The translations under genes and the position numbers were made by a program. A stretch of DNA of 64,000 bases from Methanobacteriota archaeon (lineage in GTDB: Archaea; Thermoplasmatota; Thermoplasmata; SG8-5; DAIRED01). The stretch's first letter is position 1, and each line of letters begins with the position of its first letter. This document shows positions 1-8,893 of this stretch, one piece after another. Below the pieces are notes generated by a model. The model saw only the letters and a list, made by a program, of their open reading frames with translations, had not been told where the DNA came from and searched no databases. Location of the stretch: contig JAZDNO010000002.1 in NCBI GenBank assembly GCA_043799545.1, positions 32,001-96,000 on the forward strand. The letters are read 5' to 3'.

Positions 1-651
1 CTCCTGGCGGTGGAATGCCGGGCGCTTGGCGTTCATGTCGTTCTTCAGCGAGAGGGCTAGCCTCTTTTCCGCGCTGAGCTCCGGCTTCGCCTTCGCCTTG
101 TAGACGTCTTCTTCGTCCTTCTCGTCCACTATCTCGACATCGGGGTCGCCAGCCTTGGCCGGGGCCTCGTACTTGACCTTTTTGGCCTTCGGCGCGGCCT
201 TCTTCTCCGGAGCGGCCTCAACGATTTCAGTTTCCGCTTCGGACTTGACAACGGGTTTCGTCGGCCTAGGAGCCGGTTTGGGCGCCTCCTCTTTCGGTGC
301 GGATGCGGCCCTGGCTGGCTCGGGAGCCATCCCCTGCGGCACTTCCGGCCTTAGCTCTTTCAGCTCCTGGTAAGCCGTCTTCTTCTTCAGCTCCGCCGCT
401 GGGGCGGGCTTCGGGGTCTGCGCCTTGGGCGCGGCCGGCTTGGCAACGGCGGTTTTCGCAGCTGTCCCTGCGGCAGCCGCCGGTTTCGCCGCGGGCTTTG
501 CCGCTGGCTTGGCTGCAGCGGCCTTGGGCGCGGCTGGTTTGGCAGCGGTTGCTGCCTTTGGCGCAACCGCAGGCTTCGCCTTGGCGTCATCCTGGGCCTT
601 CGGTTTGGCGGTCTTCTTCGCTTCCTTCGGTTCGACGTTTTCTGCGACCAT
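1..651 (-). CDS. rpl32e: 50S ribosomal protein L32e with ~185-aa Ala/Lys/Pro-rich N-terminal extension (3' end beyond window edge)
   Basis: Manual translation from ATG at 651 (GGTGA SD upstream): MVAENVEPKEAKKTAKP...KPELSAEKRLALSLKNDMNAKRPAFHRQE. The frame is open to position 1, the last residues match the start of the L32e core, and the gene follows rpl6 as expected. Confidence 0.85.
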   Translation of the reverse strand, partial: MVAENVEPKEAKKTAKPKAQDDAKAKPAVAPKAATAAKPAAPKAAAAKPAAKPAAKPAAAAGTAAKTAVAKPAAPKAQTPKPAPAAELKKKTAYQELKELRPEVPQGMAPEPARAASAPKEEAPKPAPRPTKPVVKSEAETEIVEAAPEKKAAPKAKKVKYEAPAKAGDPDVEIVDEKDEEDVYKAKAKPELSAEKRLALSLKNDMNAKRPAFHRQE

Positions 652-665
652 CTTTTTCACCCCGT

Positions 666-1208
666 TCAACGGCTCCCCTTCTTCGTGATGAAGACGCCGT
701 CCTGGAATATCCTCAAATCCCTGTCCTTTATCCGCGTGGCCTTCTCGATGTTGGCTGCAGTCTGGCTCACGTTCTCGACATCGGGCCCTGTGAGAAAGAC
801 CTCGTCCCCCTTGACCACGATTTTGGTGTCGCTGAGTATTTTTGCCTTCCTCGGCGCCTTCTCGCCAAGGAAGTTCTCCACGTGGAAGAAGTTGCCCTTC
901 ACAGCCGTCTTTATCGGAAAGTGCGAGTACACGATTTTCATCTTGTATTCGTACGGCTGGGCTGCCCCGTGGAGCATGTTTAGTATGTGAGACATTATCG
1001 TTCCAGCGACCGCGGCTTCGCGCCTTTTCGGCTCCTCGCACGAGATGTGTATCTCCTTTCCGGAGAGTTCAACCTTCACGCGGGGGTGCGCCAGCTTGCG
1101 GGTCAGCGTGCCGGCCTTGCCCTTCACCGTGAGGACGCCTTCCTTGTAGGTGACTGTCACCCCGGCGGGGATGGCTATCTTCTCGTCGATCATTCCTACT
1201 CTCGTCAT
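666..1208 (-). CDS. rpl6: 50S ribosomal protein L6
   Basis: IAIPAGVTV, YSHFPIK, NFLGEK and DLRIFQDGVFI motifs; operon position. Confidence 0.97.
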   Translation of the reverse strand: MTRVGMIDEKIAIPAGVTVTYKEGVLTVKGKAGTLTRKLAHPRVKVELSGKEIHISCEEPKRREAAVAGTIMSHILNMLHGAAQPYEYKMKIVYSHFPIKTAVKGNFFHVENFLGEKAPRKAKILSDTKIVVKGDEVFLTGPDVENVSQTAANIEKATRIKDRDLRIFQDGVFITKKGSR

Positions 1209-1218
1209 TTATTTCACC

Positions 1219-1608
1219 TCAGTAGACGTAGGCCAGGAGTTTTCCCCCTATGCCCATCTCCTTGGCCTTTGCATTCGTTATCACGCCCTGGGTCGTCGTC
1301 AGAATGAGAACCCCGAAGTCCTGGGCCGGCAAATACCTGGCCTCGAACCTGTCGAGCTCGTCCTTCCCGACGGCGAACCGCGGCTTGATTATCCCGCAGT
1401 TGTTGATGCTCCCCATTAGGAGCACCTTGAAGGTCCCGGCCTTGCCATCGTCCTGGTATTCGAACTGGGCGATGTAGCCGGCGTCCTGCATAACCTTGAG
1501 CACCCTGCCGATGAGCTTGGAGGAGGGCATTATCACGCACTCGCGCTTCCCCTTCAGCTCGGCATTCTTTAACATCGACATCGCATCGTTCAAAGGATCG
1601 TGCAGCAT
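1219..1608 (-). CDS. rps8: 30S ribosomal protein S8
   Basis: [10 protein letters not shown]...IKPRFAV...[11 protein letters not shown]...GGKLLAYVY. Confidence 0.98.
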   Translation of the reverse strand: MLHDPLNDAMSMLKNAELKGKRECVIMPSSKLIGRVLKVMQDAGYIAQFEYQDDGKAGTFKVLLMGSINNCGIIKPRFAVGKDELDRFEARYLPAQDFGVLILTTTQGVITNAKAKEMGIGGKLLAYVY

Positions 1609-1618
1609 TTTATCCCTC

Positions 1619-1765
1619 CTACGAATACTTCTTGAACCCGATGTTCGGGGCCATTTCCCTGAAGCACTGCCTGCAGACGTGCATGCCGTACCTGCGGACT
1701 ATGCCGCGTTTCCTGCCGCACCTGTGGCAGCCTTCCTTGCGCCCGAACTTCTTCCGAGTCATCAT
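1619..1765 (-). CDS. rps14: 30S ribosomal protein S14 (zinc-finger type), missed by the ORF track
   Basis: Manual translation [48 protein letters not shown] (48 aa, two CxxC); ATGA overlap with the rpl5 stop. Confidence 0.96.
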   Translation of the reverse strand: MMTRKKFGRKEGCHRCGRKRGIVRRYGMHVCRQCFREMAPNIGFKKYS

Positions 1766-2277
1766 TCTATCACCTCGACCTTGAACCGGTTCCTGATAAA
1801 CTCGATGCCCTCAACCTTGGTTATCCGGTGCTTGGGCGGAATCTTGGCCGGTTTTCGCTTCCTTATCCTGACGCGCTTCCCCGCTCTCGCCAGCGTGACC
1901 GTGACGTCCATCCCGAAAACGCCTATGTCGGGGTCGTACTTCATGCCCTCGAACTCCGTGTAGTCGGGGACGCCGAAGCTGAAGTTGCCGCTCGGGTCGA
2001 ACGAATATCCGGTTATCCTGTTGTTCTTGACCCAGAGAGCCTTCTTTATGAACTCCTCTGCGTCGGTGCCGCGGATGGTGACCTTGCAGCCGATTGGCTG
2101 GTCCTTGCGGATGTTCAGGTCCTTGCTCGTCGTCTTCGAAATCGTCTCTATGGGCTTGCGCTTGGTCAGCATCTGGAGCACCTTCTGGGCTTTGACGAGC
2201 CGCTCTCCGGATTCGCCGACTCCGATGTTGACGACTATCTTGTCTATCTTGATTACCCTCATCTTGCCAGACTTCAT
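1762..2277 (-). CDS. rpl5: 50S ribosomal protein L5
   Basis: [31 protein letters not shown] and [10 protein letters not shown] motifs. True start MKSGKM at 2277 overlaps the rps4e stop; the track ORF is over-extended. Confidence 0.97.
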   Translation of the reverse strand: MKSGKMRVIKIDKIVVNIGVGESGERLVKAQKVLQMLTKRKPIETISKTTSKDLNIRKDQPIGCKVTIRGTDAEEFIKKALWVKNNRITGYSFDPSGNFSFGVPDYTEFEGMKYDPDIGVFGMDVTVTLARAGKRVRIRKRKPAKIPPKHRITKVEGIEFIRNRFKVEVIE

Positions 2278-2984
2278 AGCACGCTCACCTCTGGCAGTTT
2301 GACGTCCGGGCTCTCCTTGCCGACTATGAAGACGTTGGCCTTGACCGTGGAGCCGCCGTCCTCGAACTCGACCACGTTCGCCTTCGGGTTGTGGGAAACG
2401 AGGTAGCCCTTTACCTTCCTTACCTCGCCAACGTGCGAGCCTGCGGTGAGGAGCGCCATGAACCCCTTCTCGAGCGGGTATTTGGCAACGACCTTCTGCG
2501 ACGGGACCTCGATTTTCAGAACGTCGCCTGTCTTGTACTGGCTCTTGTCGAGCAGTAGATTGCGCCCGTCGTGCAGGGTAATCTGGTATTTGCCGCTCTT
2601 CACGGATGTCTTGCGCTCTATCCTTCCGAGCTTCCACTTCGCCTCGTCCTCGCCGATGCGCGTGAGGCGGAGCTTGCCCCTGCGGTCGACCATCATCCTG
2701 AAGTTCTCCTTCGTCTTGGGAATCGTGAGGACGTCCATGATGCCTATCGGGCGCTTCGGGTCAGTGACTATCTTCCCGTCGATGAGCACCTCTCTGGCCC
2801 CTATGATGCGCTTTGCCTCGCGAGCCGTGTCGCAGCACTTCACCATGTCTCTGAGCACGACTGCCAACGGCATGCCCATCTCGACCGGGTGCGGGCCCGG
2901 GGACGGCTTCGTCGCCCAGTAGGCGGTCTTCTTCTCCATGCCCCACGACTTCGGCGTGGTCAGCCGCTTCATGTGAAGGCTCAT
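2274..2984 (-). CDS. rps4e: 30S ribosomal protein S4e
   Basis: HMKRL..PKSW, KPSPGPH, PIGIMDV and QITLHDGRN motifs. Confidence 0.97.
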   Translation of the reverse strand: MSLHMKRLTTPKSWGMEKKTAYWATKPSPGPHPVEMGMPLAVVLRDMVKCCDTAREAKRIIGAREVLIDGKIVTDPKRPIGIMDVLTIPKTKENFRMMVDRRGKLRLTRIGEDEAKWKLGRIERKTSVKSGKYQITLHDGRNLLLDKSQYKTGDVLKIEVPSQKVVAKYPLEKGFMALLTAGSHVGEVRKVKGYLVSHNPKANVVEFEDGGSTVKANVFIVGKESPDVKLPEVSVL

Positions 2985-3394
2985 TGCGCTCCCTCCGGTT
3001 TGGCAATCTTCGCCTCGACCTTCTCCCTTCTCTTCGGGTCGGTCAGGTCGAGCCTGATTATCATGACGCTGGACGGGTGAATCTTCCTCACGACCTCCTT
3101 GTTGTCGGCCTTCTTGAAGTTCACGCCCTCGACGGCGATTTTAAGGTCGCGCCTGAAGACGTCGGTCACGCGGCCTTCCTTGCCTTTGATGACCTTCTTC
3201 TCGTCGCGCCCGGCCCTTGCCCCATCGCCGCGCATTATCTTGACAACGTCGCCCTTCCTGACAGGCAGTGACCTGATGTCGTACTTGGCCCTCAGCTCCG
3301 GCGAGAGGTGCGACGACATGAGCTTCCTGCGCGTGTGCGACGGCGCGTCGTAGTTCGCTTTTCTCTGCTTCCTGGGCATTTTTGAGTTCGTCAT
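2981..3394 (-). CDS. rpl24: 50S ribosomal protein L24
   Basis: PRKQRK..YDAP.H, LPVRKGDVVKIMRG and IHPSSVMI motifs. Confidence 0.97.
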   Translation of the reverse strand: MTNSKMPRKQRKANYDAPSHTRRKLMSSHLSPELRAKYDIRSLPVRKGDVVKIMRGDGARAGRDEKKVIKGKEGRVTDVFRRDLKIAVEGVNFKKADNKEVVRKIHPSSVMIIRLDLTDPKRREKVEAKIAKPEGAQ

Positions 3395-3403
3395 GCTATC
3401 ACC

Positions 3404-3802
3404 TTAAATTATTGTCGAAGCCTTGGAGGCAATCATCGGCCACCTCTCGGCGGCCTCGCGAGCCACTGGCCCCTTTATCTCCGAACCTTTCGTCTCCCCC
3501 GTGTCCGTGACCAGGACGACCGCGTTGTCGTCGAACCTGACCATCGTCCCGTCGGACCTGCGGAACGGCCTGCGCTGCCTCACGAGGACCGCGTGGAACA
3601 TCTGCTTCCTCATCTCGGGCGTTCCCCTCTTGACTGTGACTATCATCATCTCGCCTATCCCTGCCGCCGGGAGGCGCCTGAGCTTGCCGTGGTAACGAGG
3701 CACGTCCATGACCTCGACTATCTTCGCCCCGGTGTTGTCGATGCAATCGACGCGTGCGCCCTTGGGTATCCCGCGGGTCTGCCTGCCTGCTACTCCCTTC
3801 AT
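3404..3802 (-). CDS. rpl14: 50S ribosomal protein L14
   Basis: DNTGAK, VTVKRGTPEMRKQ, FDDNAVV and IKGPVAREAAERW motifs. Confidence 0.98.
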   Translation of the reverse strand: MKGVAGRQTRGIPKGARVDCIDNTGAKIVEVMDVPRYHGKLRRLPAAGIGEMMIVTVKRGTPEMRKQMFHAVLVRQRRPFRRSDGTMVRFDDNAVVLVTDTGETKGSEIKGPVAREAAERWPMIASKASTII

Positions 3803-3816
3803 CTCTATTCACACTC

Positions 3817-4295
3817 CTACTTTTTCTGCACGACTACGAAAGAGACCGTCTTGCTGAGCGGCCTGCATTCGATGATGGTCACGCTGTCCCCAGCCTTTAT
3901 CCCCAGGCATGGCGGGCTGTGAGCCCTGTGCTTGCTAGTGCGCTTCTCGATACGCTCGTATTTCGGTATCACGTGCTCGTACTCCCGCCTCACGACGACC
4001 GTCCTGTTCATCTTGTCCGAAACGACCGTCCCCTCCAGAATCGAGCCCCTGACGCGGAGCCTGCCGTGGAACGGGCAGTCCTCGTCGTCGCAGCCCTCGG
4101 TCGGCAGCGGCACGTCGAGCCCGATGTTCCTGGCCTTGAGCGACTTTTTCTTCAACGTCGCCCTCGCGAGGGTCTCGTTCTCGTCGACCTTTGCCTGCTT
4201 CTGGCCGTCTTCTTTGCCAGCTTCTTGTCGGCCTCGGCCTGGTTCGCCGCGACATTCTCTTCCACTGCAATGACTGTCTTCTCTTTTTCCGCCAT
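3817..4295 (-). CDS. rps17: 30S ribosomal protein S17; core 3817-4155, with a probable N-terminal extension from ATG 4295 joined by an apparent frameshift near 4207-4217
   Basis: Core [36 protein letters not shown]. The SD-preceded ATG at 4295 is out of frame with the core (see findings). Confidence 0.85.
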
Positions 4296-4299
4296 TTTC

Positions 4300-4566
4300 T
4301 CACCCAGCCTTTTTGGTCCTGTCCTCTGGTCTGAACGCTATCGTCGAGCCTTCCAATGTGACGGCCTTGCCGTCCCTCAGGAACTCGAACGTCCCTCCGG
4401 TCTTCTGGACGACGCGCATCGTGCCGTTGCCGGCGACCGAGAGGGTGTTCTTCGTCTCGTCGACGACTGTGCCCTCGCAGCCCGCGATGGTCGGGTCCGG
4501 ATGCTTCGCTACCCTGACCCTGAGCCCGATCAGCTCGCCCTTCGCCATCGTTCGCGCGTCCGTCAT
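4300..4566 (-). CDS. rnp1: Ribonuclease P protein component 1 (Rpp29/Pop4)
   Basis: ELIGLRVRV, GTVVDETKNTL and RPEDR motifs; usual position between SUI1 and S17. Confidence 0.94.
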   Translation of the reverse strand: MTDARTMAKGELIGLRVRVAKHPDPTIAGCEGTVVDETKNTLSVAGNGTMRVVQKTGGTFEFLRDGKAVTLEGSTIAFRPEDRTKKAG

Positions 4567-4574
4567 GTTCCCGC

Positions 4575-4874
4575 CTACTTGACCTCTACCGGGAAGCCCA
4601 TGTCCTCCAGGGTCTTCTGCACCTTCTTCCGGTGCTCCCCCTGGAGTTCAATCTTCCCGTCCTTCACAGTACCGCCCGCCGCGCACTTCGTCTTCAGCTT
4701 GCGCGCCAGGTCGTCGACGTCAATCTCGCCCGCGTTGAACCCGTCAACGACGGTCACGGTTTTTCCGTACCGCCTCTTATCGGAGTAAATCCTAATCTGC
4801 TGCTGCTCGCGAGCTATCTCCTCGCACATGCAGAGCTCTTCAGGCAGACCGCAGGTCGAACAGATTCCCGGCAT
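4575..4874 (-). CDS. sui1: Translation initiation factor aIF1/SUI1 homolog
   Basis: [33 protein letters not shown] and IELQGEH motifs. Confidence 0.95.
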   Translation of the reverse strand: MPGICSTCGLPEELCMCEEIAREQQQIRIYSDKRRYGKTVTVVDGFNAGEIDVDDLARKLKTKCAAGGTVKDGKIELQGEHRKKVQKTLEDMGFPVEVK

Positions 4875-5074
4875 TACTTCTTTGCCTCCCGTTCGATTGT
4901 CTTCAGCCTGGCGATGTTCGTCCTGATGGCCCGGAGCTTGCCCGGGTTGGCCGGCGCGCCGCCCATCGACGCCACGCCGCGCTCGTACATGAGGTCGTTC
5001 TTCAGCTCCGCGAGCTTCGCCTTCTGGTCCTCGATGCTCAGCGCCCTGATGTCCTTCGTCTTAAGCAGTGCCAT
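4874..5074 (-). CDS. rpl29: 50S ribosomal protein L29
   Basis: [11 protein letters not shown]...[18 protein letters not shown]. Confidence 0.96.
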   Translation of the reverse strand: MALLKTKDIRALSIEDQKAKLAELKNDLMYERGVASMGGAPANPGKLRAIRTNIARLKTIEREAKK

Positions 5075-6044
5075 CGGTCTTCACCTCCGTACTCGGTTCC
5101 TTTGACTCCGCAGTTGGCTCCTGTGCTTTCGCCGGCTCAGTCTCGGGAGCCTTCTTCTGTTTCGCTTCTGGTTTCGGGGGTGCCGCGACCTCCGGTTTCG
5201 CTGCGGGGGATTTTCCCTCCGTTTTCTGCTTGATATCCTGATCTGGCGCCTTCTCCTTCTTCGTCTCTGGAGCCTTCTTCTGTTTGGACTCTGACTTCGG
5301 CGCCTTCTCCTTCTTCGGCTCGGCGACCGGCGCATTCGGCGCTACGGGCTCGGCCGCTGGCTTCGGCCCCTCGGTCGTTCCCTCGGCGGGAACCTCGGGC
5401 TTGGCCGCCTCTACCTTTTTGACCTCTGCCAGCTCCTTGTCCGAAACCATGCGCTCCTTGACCGTTATCTCGTCCGGCAGCTTGGCGTTCGGTTTCATTA
5501 TCTGGACCTTGACGCCGATGACGCCGGGCTTGAGCTTCGCCGTCGAGAAGCCTATGTCCATCCAAAGTATCTTGGTCTCTCCGCAGAACTTGATGTGGCC
5601 GTCCTTGAACTTCTCGGTCCTGTGGCGCTGGCCGGTGAGCTTTCCGGAGATGACGATGAGGCATCCCTTCGCTCCGGATTCCATTATCCTCCGGACCGTC
5701 GAGTGCCCCGCGCGCCTGAAGTGCCAGCCCATCTCGAGGGCCTGGGCGAGCTTCTCCGACATTATCTGCGCGTTGCAGCCAGGGTTTTCGACCTCCTGCA
5801 CCTCTATCTGCGGGTTGTCGAATTTGAACCTGTTCTGTATCTCGTCCGTGAGCGTCTTGATGGCGCTTCCCTTCCTTCCGATGACGAGGCCAGGCCTCTC
5901 GGTCAGCAGGGTGACGCGCGTGCCCATCGGGGTGCGCTGGATGTCCAGGCCTCCGAAACCGGCGCGTTTCGTCTGTTCCATCATGTATTCCCTGAGCAGC
6001 TCGCGCCTGACGTTCTCGATGACGAACTTCCTCTCGGATGCCAT
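5061..6044 (-). CDS. rps3: 30S ribosomal protein S3 with ~130-aa Lys/Glu/Pro/Ala-rich C-terminal extension
   Basis: Start MASERKFV at 6044; RAGFGG, RPGLVIGRKG, HFRRAGH, ISGKLTG and GVIGVKVQI motifs. Confidence 0.96.
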   Translation of the reverse strand: MASERKFVIENVRRELLREYMMEQTKRAGFGGLDIQRTPMGTRVTLLTERPGLVIGRKGSAIKTLTDEIQNRFKFDNPQIEVQEVENPGCNAQIMSEKLAQALEMGWHFRRAGHSTVRRIMESGAKGCLIVISGKLTGQRHRTEKFKDGHIKFCGETKILWMDIGFSTAKLKPGVIGVKVQIMKPNAKLPDEITVKERMVSDKELAEVKKVEAAKPEVPAEGTTEGPKPAAEPVAPNAPVAEPKKEKAPKSESKQKKAPETKKEKAPDQDIKQKTEGKSPAAKPEVAAPPKPEAKQKKAPETEPAKAQEPTAESKEPSTEVKTDGTA

Positions 6045-6046
6045 GC

Positions 6047-6502
6047 TCAGTCCTCCATCTCTTCCATGACTATCTCGATGTTTACGCTGTGCTGGTCCCA
6101 CGGGGACGAGCTTCCGTGCGCCCTCGGCATGTAACCGGGGAACGTGCGGCCTCTGTGCGCTGCTGCCGTGATAATCTTCATGTTGTCCGTCATGAGTTTC
6201 TTGGCCGGACTCTCGGCGTTCGCTCCCGCGCTCTCCAGAACCTTGAGTATCGCCTTGCAAGCCTTCACCGGGTACCTTCCAGGGCCGATTCCCTTCTTGT
6301 GGTGTATCATCATTTTATACCTCTTGAAAGGGACCGCGCGCTTCATGTCTATGACGTCCTGGAGGTACTGCTTCGCGTCCTCGAACATCATCCCGCGGAT
6401 GGCGTGGCACACCTCGACGCTGTGCTTCGGCGATATCTTCAATTCCTTGCCAATCGCCCGCGCGATGTTCTCGCCGTTCTTCTGGTTGCTGTAACCTGCC
6501 AT
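6047..6502 (-). CDS. rpl22: 50S ribosomal protein L22
   Basis: ISPKHSVEVCHAIRG, GRYPVKA and MPRAHG motifs. Confidence 0.97.
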   Translation of the reverse strand: MAGYSNQKNGENIARAIGKELKISPKHSVEVCHAIRGMMFEDAKQYLQDVIDMKRAVPFKRYKMMIHHKKGIGPGRYPVKACKAILKVLESAGANAESPAKKLMTDNMKIITAAAHRGRTFPGYMPRAHGSSSPWDQHSVNIEIVMEEMED

Positions 6503-6511
6503 CTTTTCACC

Positions 6512-7039
6512 TCACTTGAGCGGCATGAACTTGGACGACCTGGTCGCGCCGACGCCCGGCCCGCTGTGCTTGCCGAACTGGCGCGTCATGGCGAACTCGC
6601 CGATGTAGTGCCCAATCATCTCCGGTTTTATATCGACAGTCCTGTATTCCTTGCCGTTGTAAATCTGGATCTGCTTGCCCACGAACGATGGCAATATGAC
6701 AACGTCCCTCCGGTGGGTCTTCAACTGGGGCTTGTCCCCCTTCAGGAGCCTCTTCACGAACGTCTGGTTCTCATCCGAGAGCCCGCGCTTGAGCGTGCGC
6801 CTCGACCTGGCGGGCAGAAGCGGCAGCACGTCTTCCATGCTGAGCGCCAGGAGCTCGGCGAGCGTCAGCCCGCGGTACGTGAACTCCTTGCGCCTCCTTG
6901 CCGATACCTGGCTCTTCTGCTTTCGCGTCCTGCGCCTTGCGGCCTTCGCCCCGCCGCTTCCGGCGTACTTGTCCTTCTTTGGCTTGTGAACTGCCGCAAT
7001 CGGCGCGCTGGTCGGTGCTGGAGCTGCTGGATCCGCCAT
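6512..7039 (-). CDS. rps19: 30S ribosomal protein S19 with N-terminal extension
   Basis: EFTYRGLTL, KTHRRD, IYNGK, MIGHYIGEF and HSGPGVGATRSSKFMPLK motifs. Confidence 0.97.
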   Translation of the reverse strand: MADPAAPAPTSAPIAAVHKPKKDKYAGSGGAKAARRRTRKQKSQVSARRRKEFTYRGLTLAELLALSMEDVLPLLPARSRRTLKRGLSDENQTFVKRLLKGDKPQLKTHRRDVVILPSFVGKQIQIYNGKEYRTVDIKPEMIGHYIGEFAMTRQFGKHSGPGVGATRSSKFMPLK

Positions 7040-7040
7040 A

Positions 7041-7739
7041 TTAGACCCTCCTCTTCTTCTGCGGCGACAGGCGCCCTACCTTCCTTCCCGGAGGGGCGTT
7101 CCTGCCTACCGTGCTGGGCTTGCCGACGTGCGGATGGCCCCCGCCTCCGTGCGGGTGGTTGACCGCGTTCATCGCGACCCCCTTGACCTTGAAGTACCTC
7201 TTTGCCTTGCTCTGGTACGCGTAGAATTTCTTGCCGGCCTTGGTGTAGGGCTTCTCGCCCCTGCCGCCCGCGGCCACCAGGCCGATTGTCGCCTTGCATG
7301 AAGGGTTGATGTTCTTGAACTGCCCTGACGGCATCTGCAGCGTCGTCGTCACGCCGTGACCGACGATGACGGCGGACGTCCCGGCCGCGCGGATGAACTT
7401 ACCGCCGTCGCCTGGCCGGCTCTCGATGTTGTGAACGAGCGTGCCTTCCGGAATCAGCCCGACGGGCATGACGTTCCCCGGCTGGATCTCGGCGTCGTTG
7501 TCGAAATGTAGCTCCTGGCCGACGTGGACGCTCTCTGGGGCGAGCATGTAAAACTGCTTGCCCGCGGGTTTCACCAGCGCCACTGGCGCCGACCTGCCGG
7601 GCGCCTGCACGATGTCCATGATCTTGCCGGTCCCTGACAGGCCCCTCGGGTATTGAAGGTCCCCCAGATGCCTGTGGCTCGGCGAGCGGTATGTGGAGCC
7701 CCCGCAGCCCCTCCTCCTTGTAATTATGCGCTTACCCAT
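7041..7739 (-). CDS. rpl2: 50S ribosomal protein L2
   Basis: MGKRIITRRRG, APGRSAP, RAAGTSA, GVAMNAVNHPHGGG and PPGRKVG motifs. Confidence 0.98.
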   Translation of the reverse strand: MGKRIITRRRGCGGSTYRSPSHRHLGDLQYPRGLSGTGKIMDIVQAPGRSAPVALVKPAGKQFYMLAPESVHVGQELHFDNDAEIQPGNVMPVGLIPEGTLVHNIESRPGDGGKFIRAAGTSAVIVGHGVTTTLQMPSGQFKNINPSCKATIGLVAAGGRGEKPYTKAGKKFYAYQSKAKRYFKVKGVAMNAVNHPHGGGGHPHVGKPSTVGRNAPPGRKVGRLSPQKKRRV

Positions 7740-7749
7740 AGTATCACCC

Positions 7750-8037
7750 TCAGAACACTCCGATTCTCATGCCGATGTCCTCGGCGGAGTATCCCTCCTT
7801 CATTTTTATTATCGCGTGCTTGCCAGTCTTGAGAATCCTCGTGTTCACGCTCGCGACCTTCACCTCGAAGCGCTTCTCGAACGCAGCCTTTATCTCAGCC
7901 TTGGTCGAGTCGCGGTTCACGATGAATTCAATTTTATTTCCATCTTTGTTCTTCAGCGCCGGCGTCCCGGAGATGTGCGTCATCGTCTTTTCCGTAACGT
8001 ACGGATGCAGCAGAACGTCTCCCTTTTTACCCATCAT
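7750..8037 (-). CDS. rpl23: 50S ribosomal protein L23
   Basis: PYVTEK, FEVKVASVNT, KHAIIK and RIGVF motifs. Confidence 0.96.
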   Translation of the reverse strand: MMGKKGDVLLHPYVTEKTMTHISGTPALKNKDGNKIEFIVNRDSTKAEIKAAFEKRFEVKVASVNTRILKTGKHAIIKMKEGYSAEDIGMRIGVF

Positions 8038-8891
8038 GCCACCCCCTTCAAAGATTCTAGCGCCTTCTTGCTTATGACCATCAGCCGCCCCGGGTCACCG
8101 CCCGGCGCCAGCATCTCGAGGTTGAGCTCCCTGGGCGTCGCGATTTCGACCCCTGGCAGGTTCCTGAAGCAGCGCTCGATGGTGGTGCGGTTCGAAACGA
8201 CGACCAGCAGCGACTTCGGAGTCCTGTACCTCCGCCCGCGCATTTTTCCGCGGCCGGAGCGTATGTGCTTTCCTTCCTGAGCCCTGTCGACATCGCTTGA
8301 AACTCCGAGAAGCTCGAGAACCTTGGCTGTTTCCTTGACGTACTGCGGGACCTCGTTCGACTTCAGGTACATGTCGTCGACTATCTTCGGCAGGTCCTCG
8401 AAATCGTTCTCCGCCACGACTGGCAACGTGATTCCGTCCTTGAAGATGTGGCCGCGCGCCCTGACCGTCTCGACGTCGGCGCACGCCGCGAGAGCGCTCC
8501 TCCTGGCGAGCCTGCGCTCCTTGTGGTTGATTGACTTCGCCCAAATCGTCTCCACCGTCGGCGGGTGCGCCCTGCGCCCGCCAGGCGTGTTCGGGGACTG
8601 CGCGCCCTTTCCGGAGCCATGGTGAGTTCTCGGAGTCCTGGCCATTCCGCGACCCTTGCCCGGCCACGAGACCGCGTGCCTCATCCCGGCGCCCGGTTTC
8701 GGGCCGTAGGCCTGGCGCCTGTTGGCCCTGGCTGCTGTCACGGCCTTGCGGATTATGTCCGGCCTGAATTCCTCGTTGAATATTTCGGGCAGCTCCATCT
8801 GCGATTTGGCCTCTCCCTGGATGTCGTAGACGTTGACCTTGCGGGCTCCGGCGCGCGGAATCGCAGCTTTCACGTGCTTTGTTGCGACCAT
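8034..8891 (-). CDS. rpl4: 50S ribosomal protein L4
   Basis: Start MVATKH at 8891; RPDIIRKAV, GRGMARTPR, GGRRAHPP, GRGKMRGRRY and LAPGGDPGRL motifs. Confidence 0.96.
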   Translation of the reverse strand: MVATKHVKAAIPRAGARKVNVYDIQGEAKSQMELPEIFNEEFRPDIIRKAVTAARANRRQAYGPKPGAGMRHAVSWPGKGRGMARTPRTHHGSGKGAQSPNTPGGRRAHPPTVETIWAKSINHKERRLARRSALAACADVETVRARGHIFKDGITLPVVAENDFEDLPKIVDDMYLKSNEVPQYVKETAKVLELLGVSSDVDRAQEGKHIRSGRGKMRGRRYRTPKSLLVVVSNRTTIERCFRNLPGVEIATPRELNLEMLAPGGDPGRLMVISKKALESLKGVA

Positions 8892-8893
8892 GT

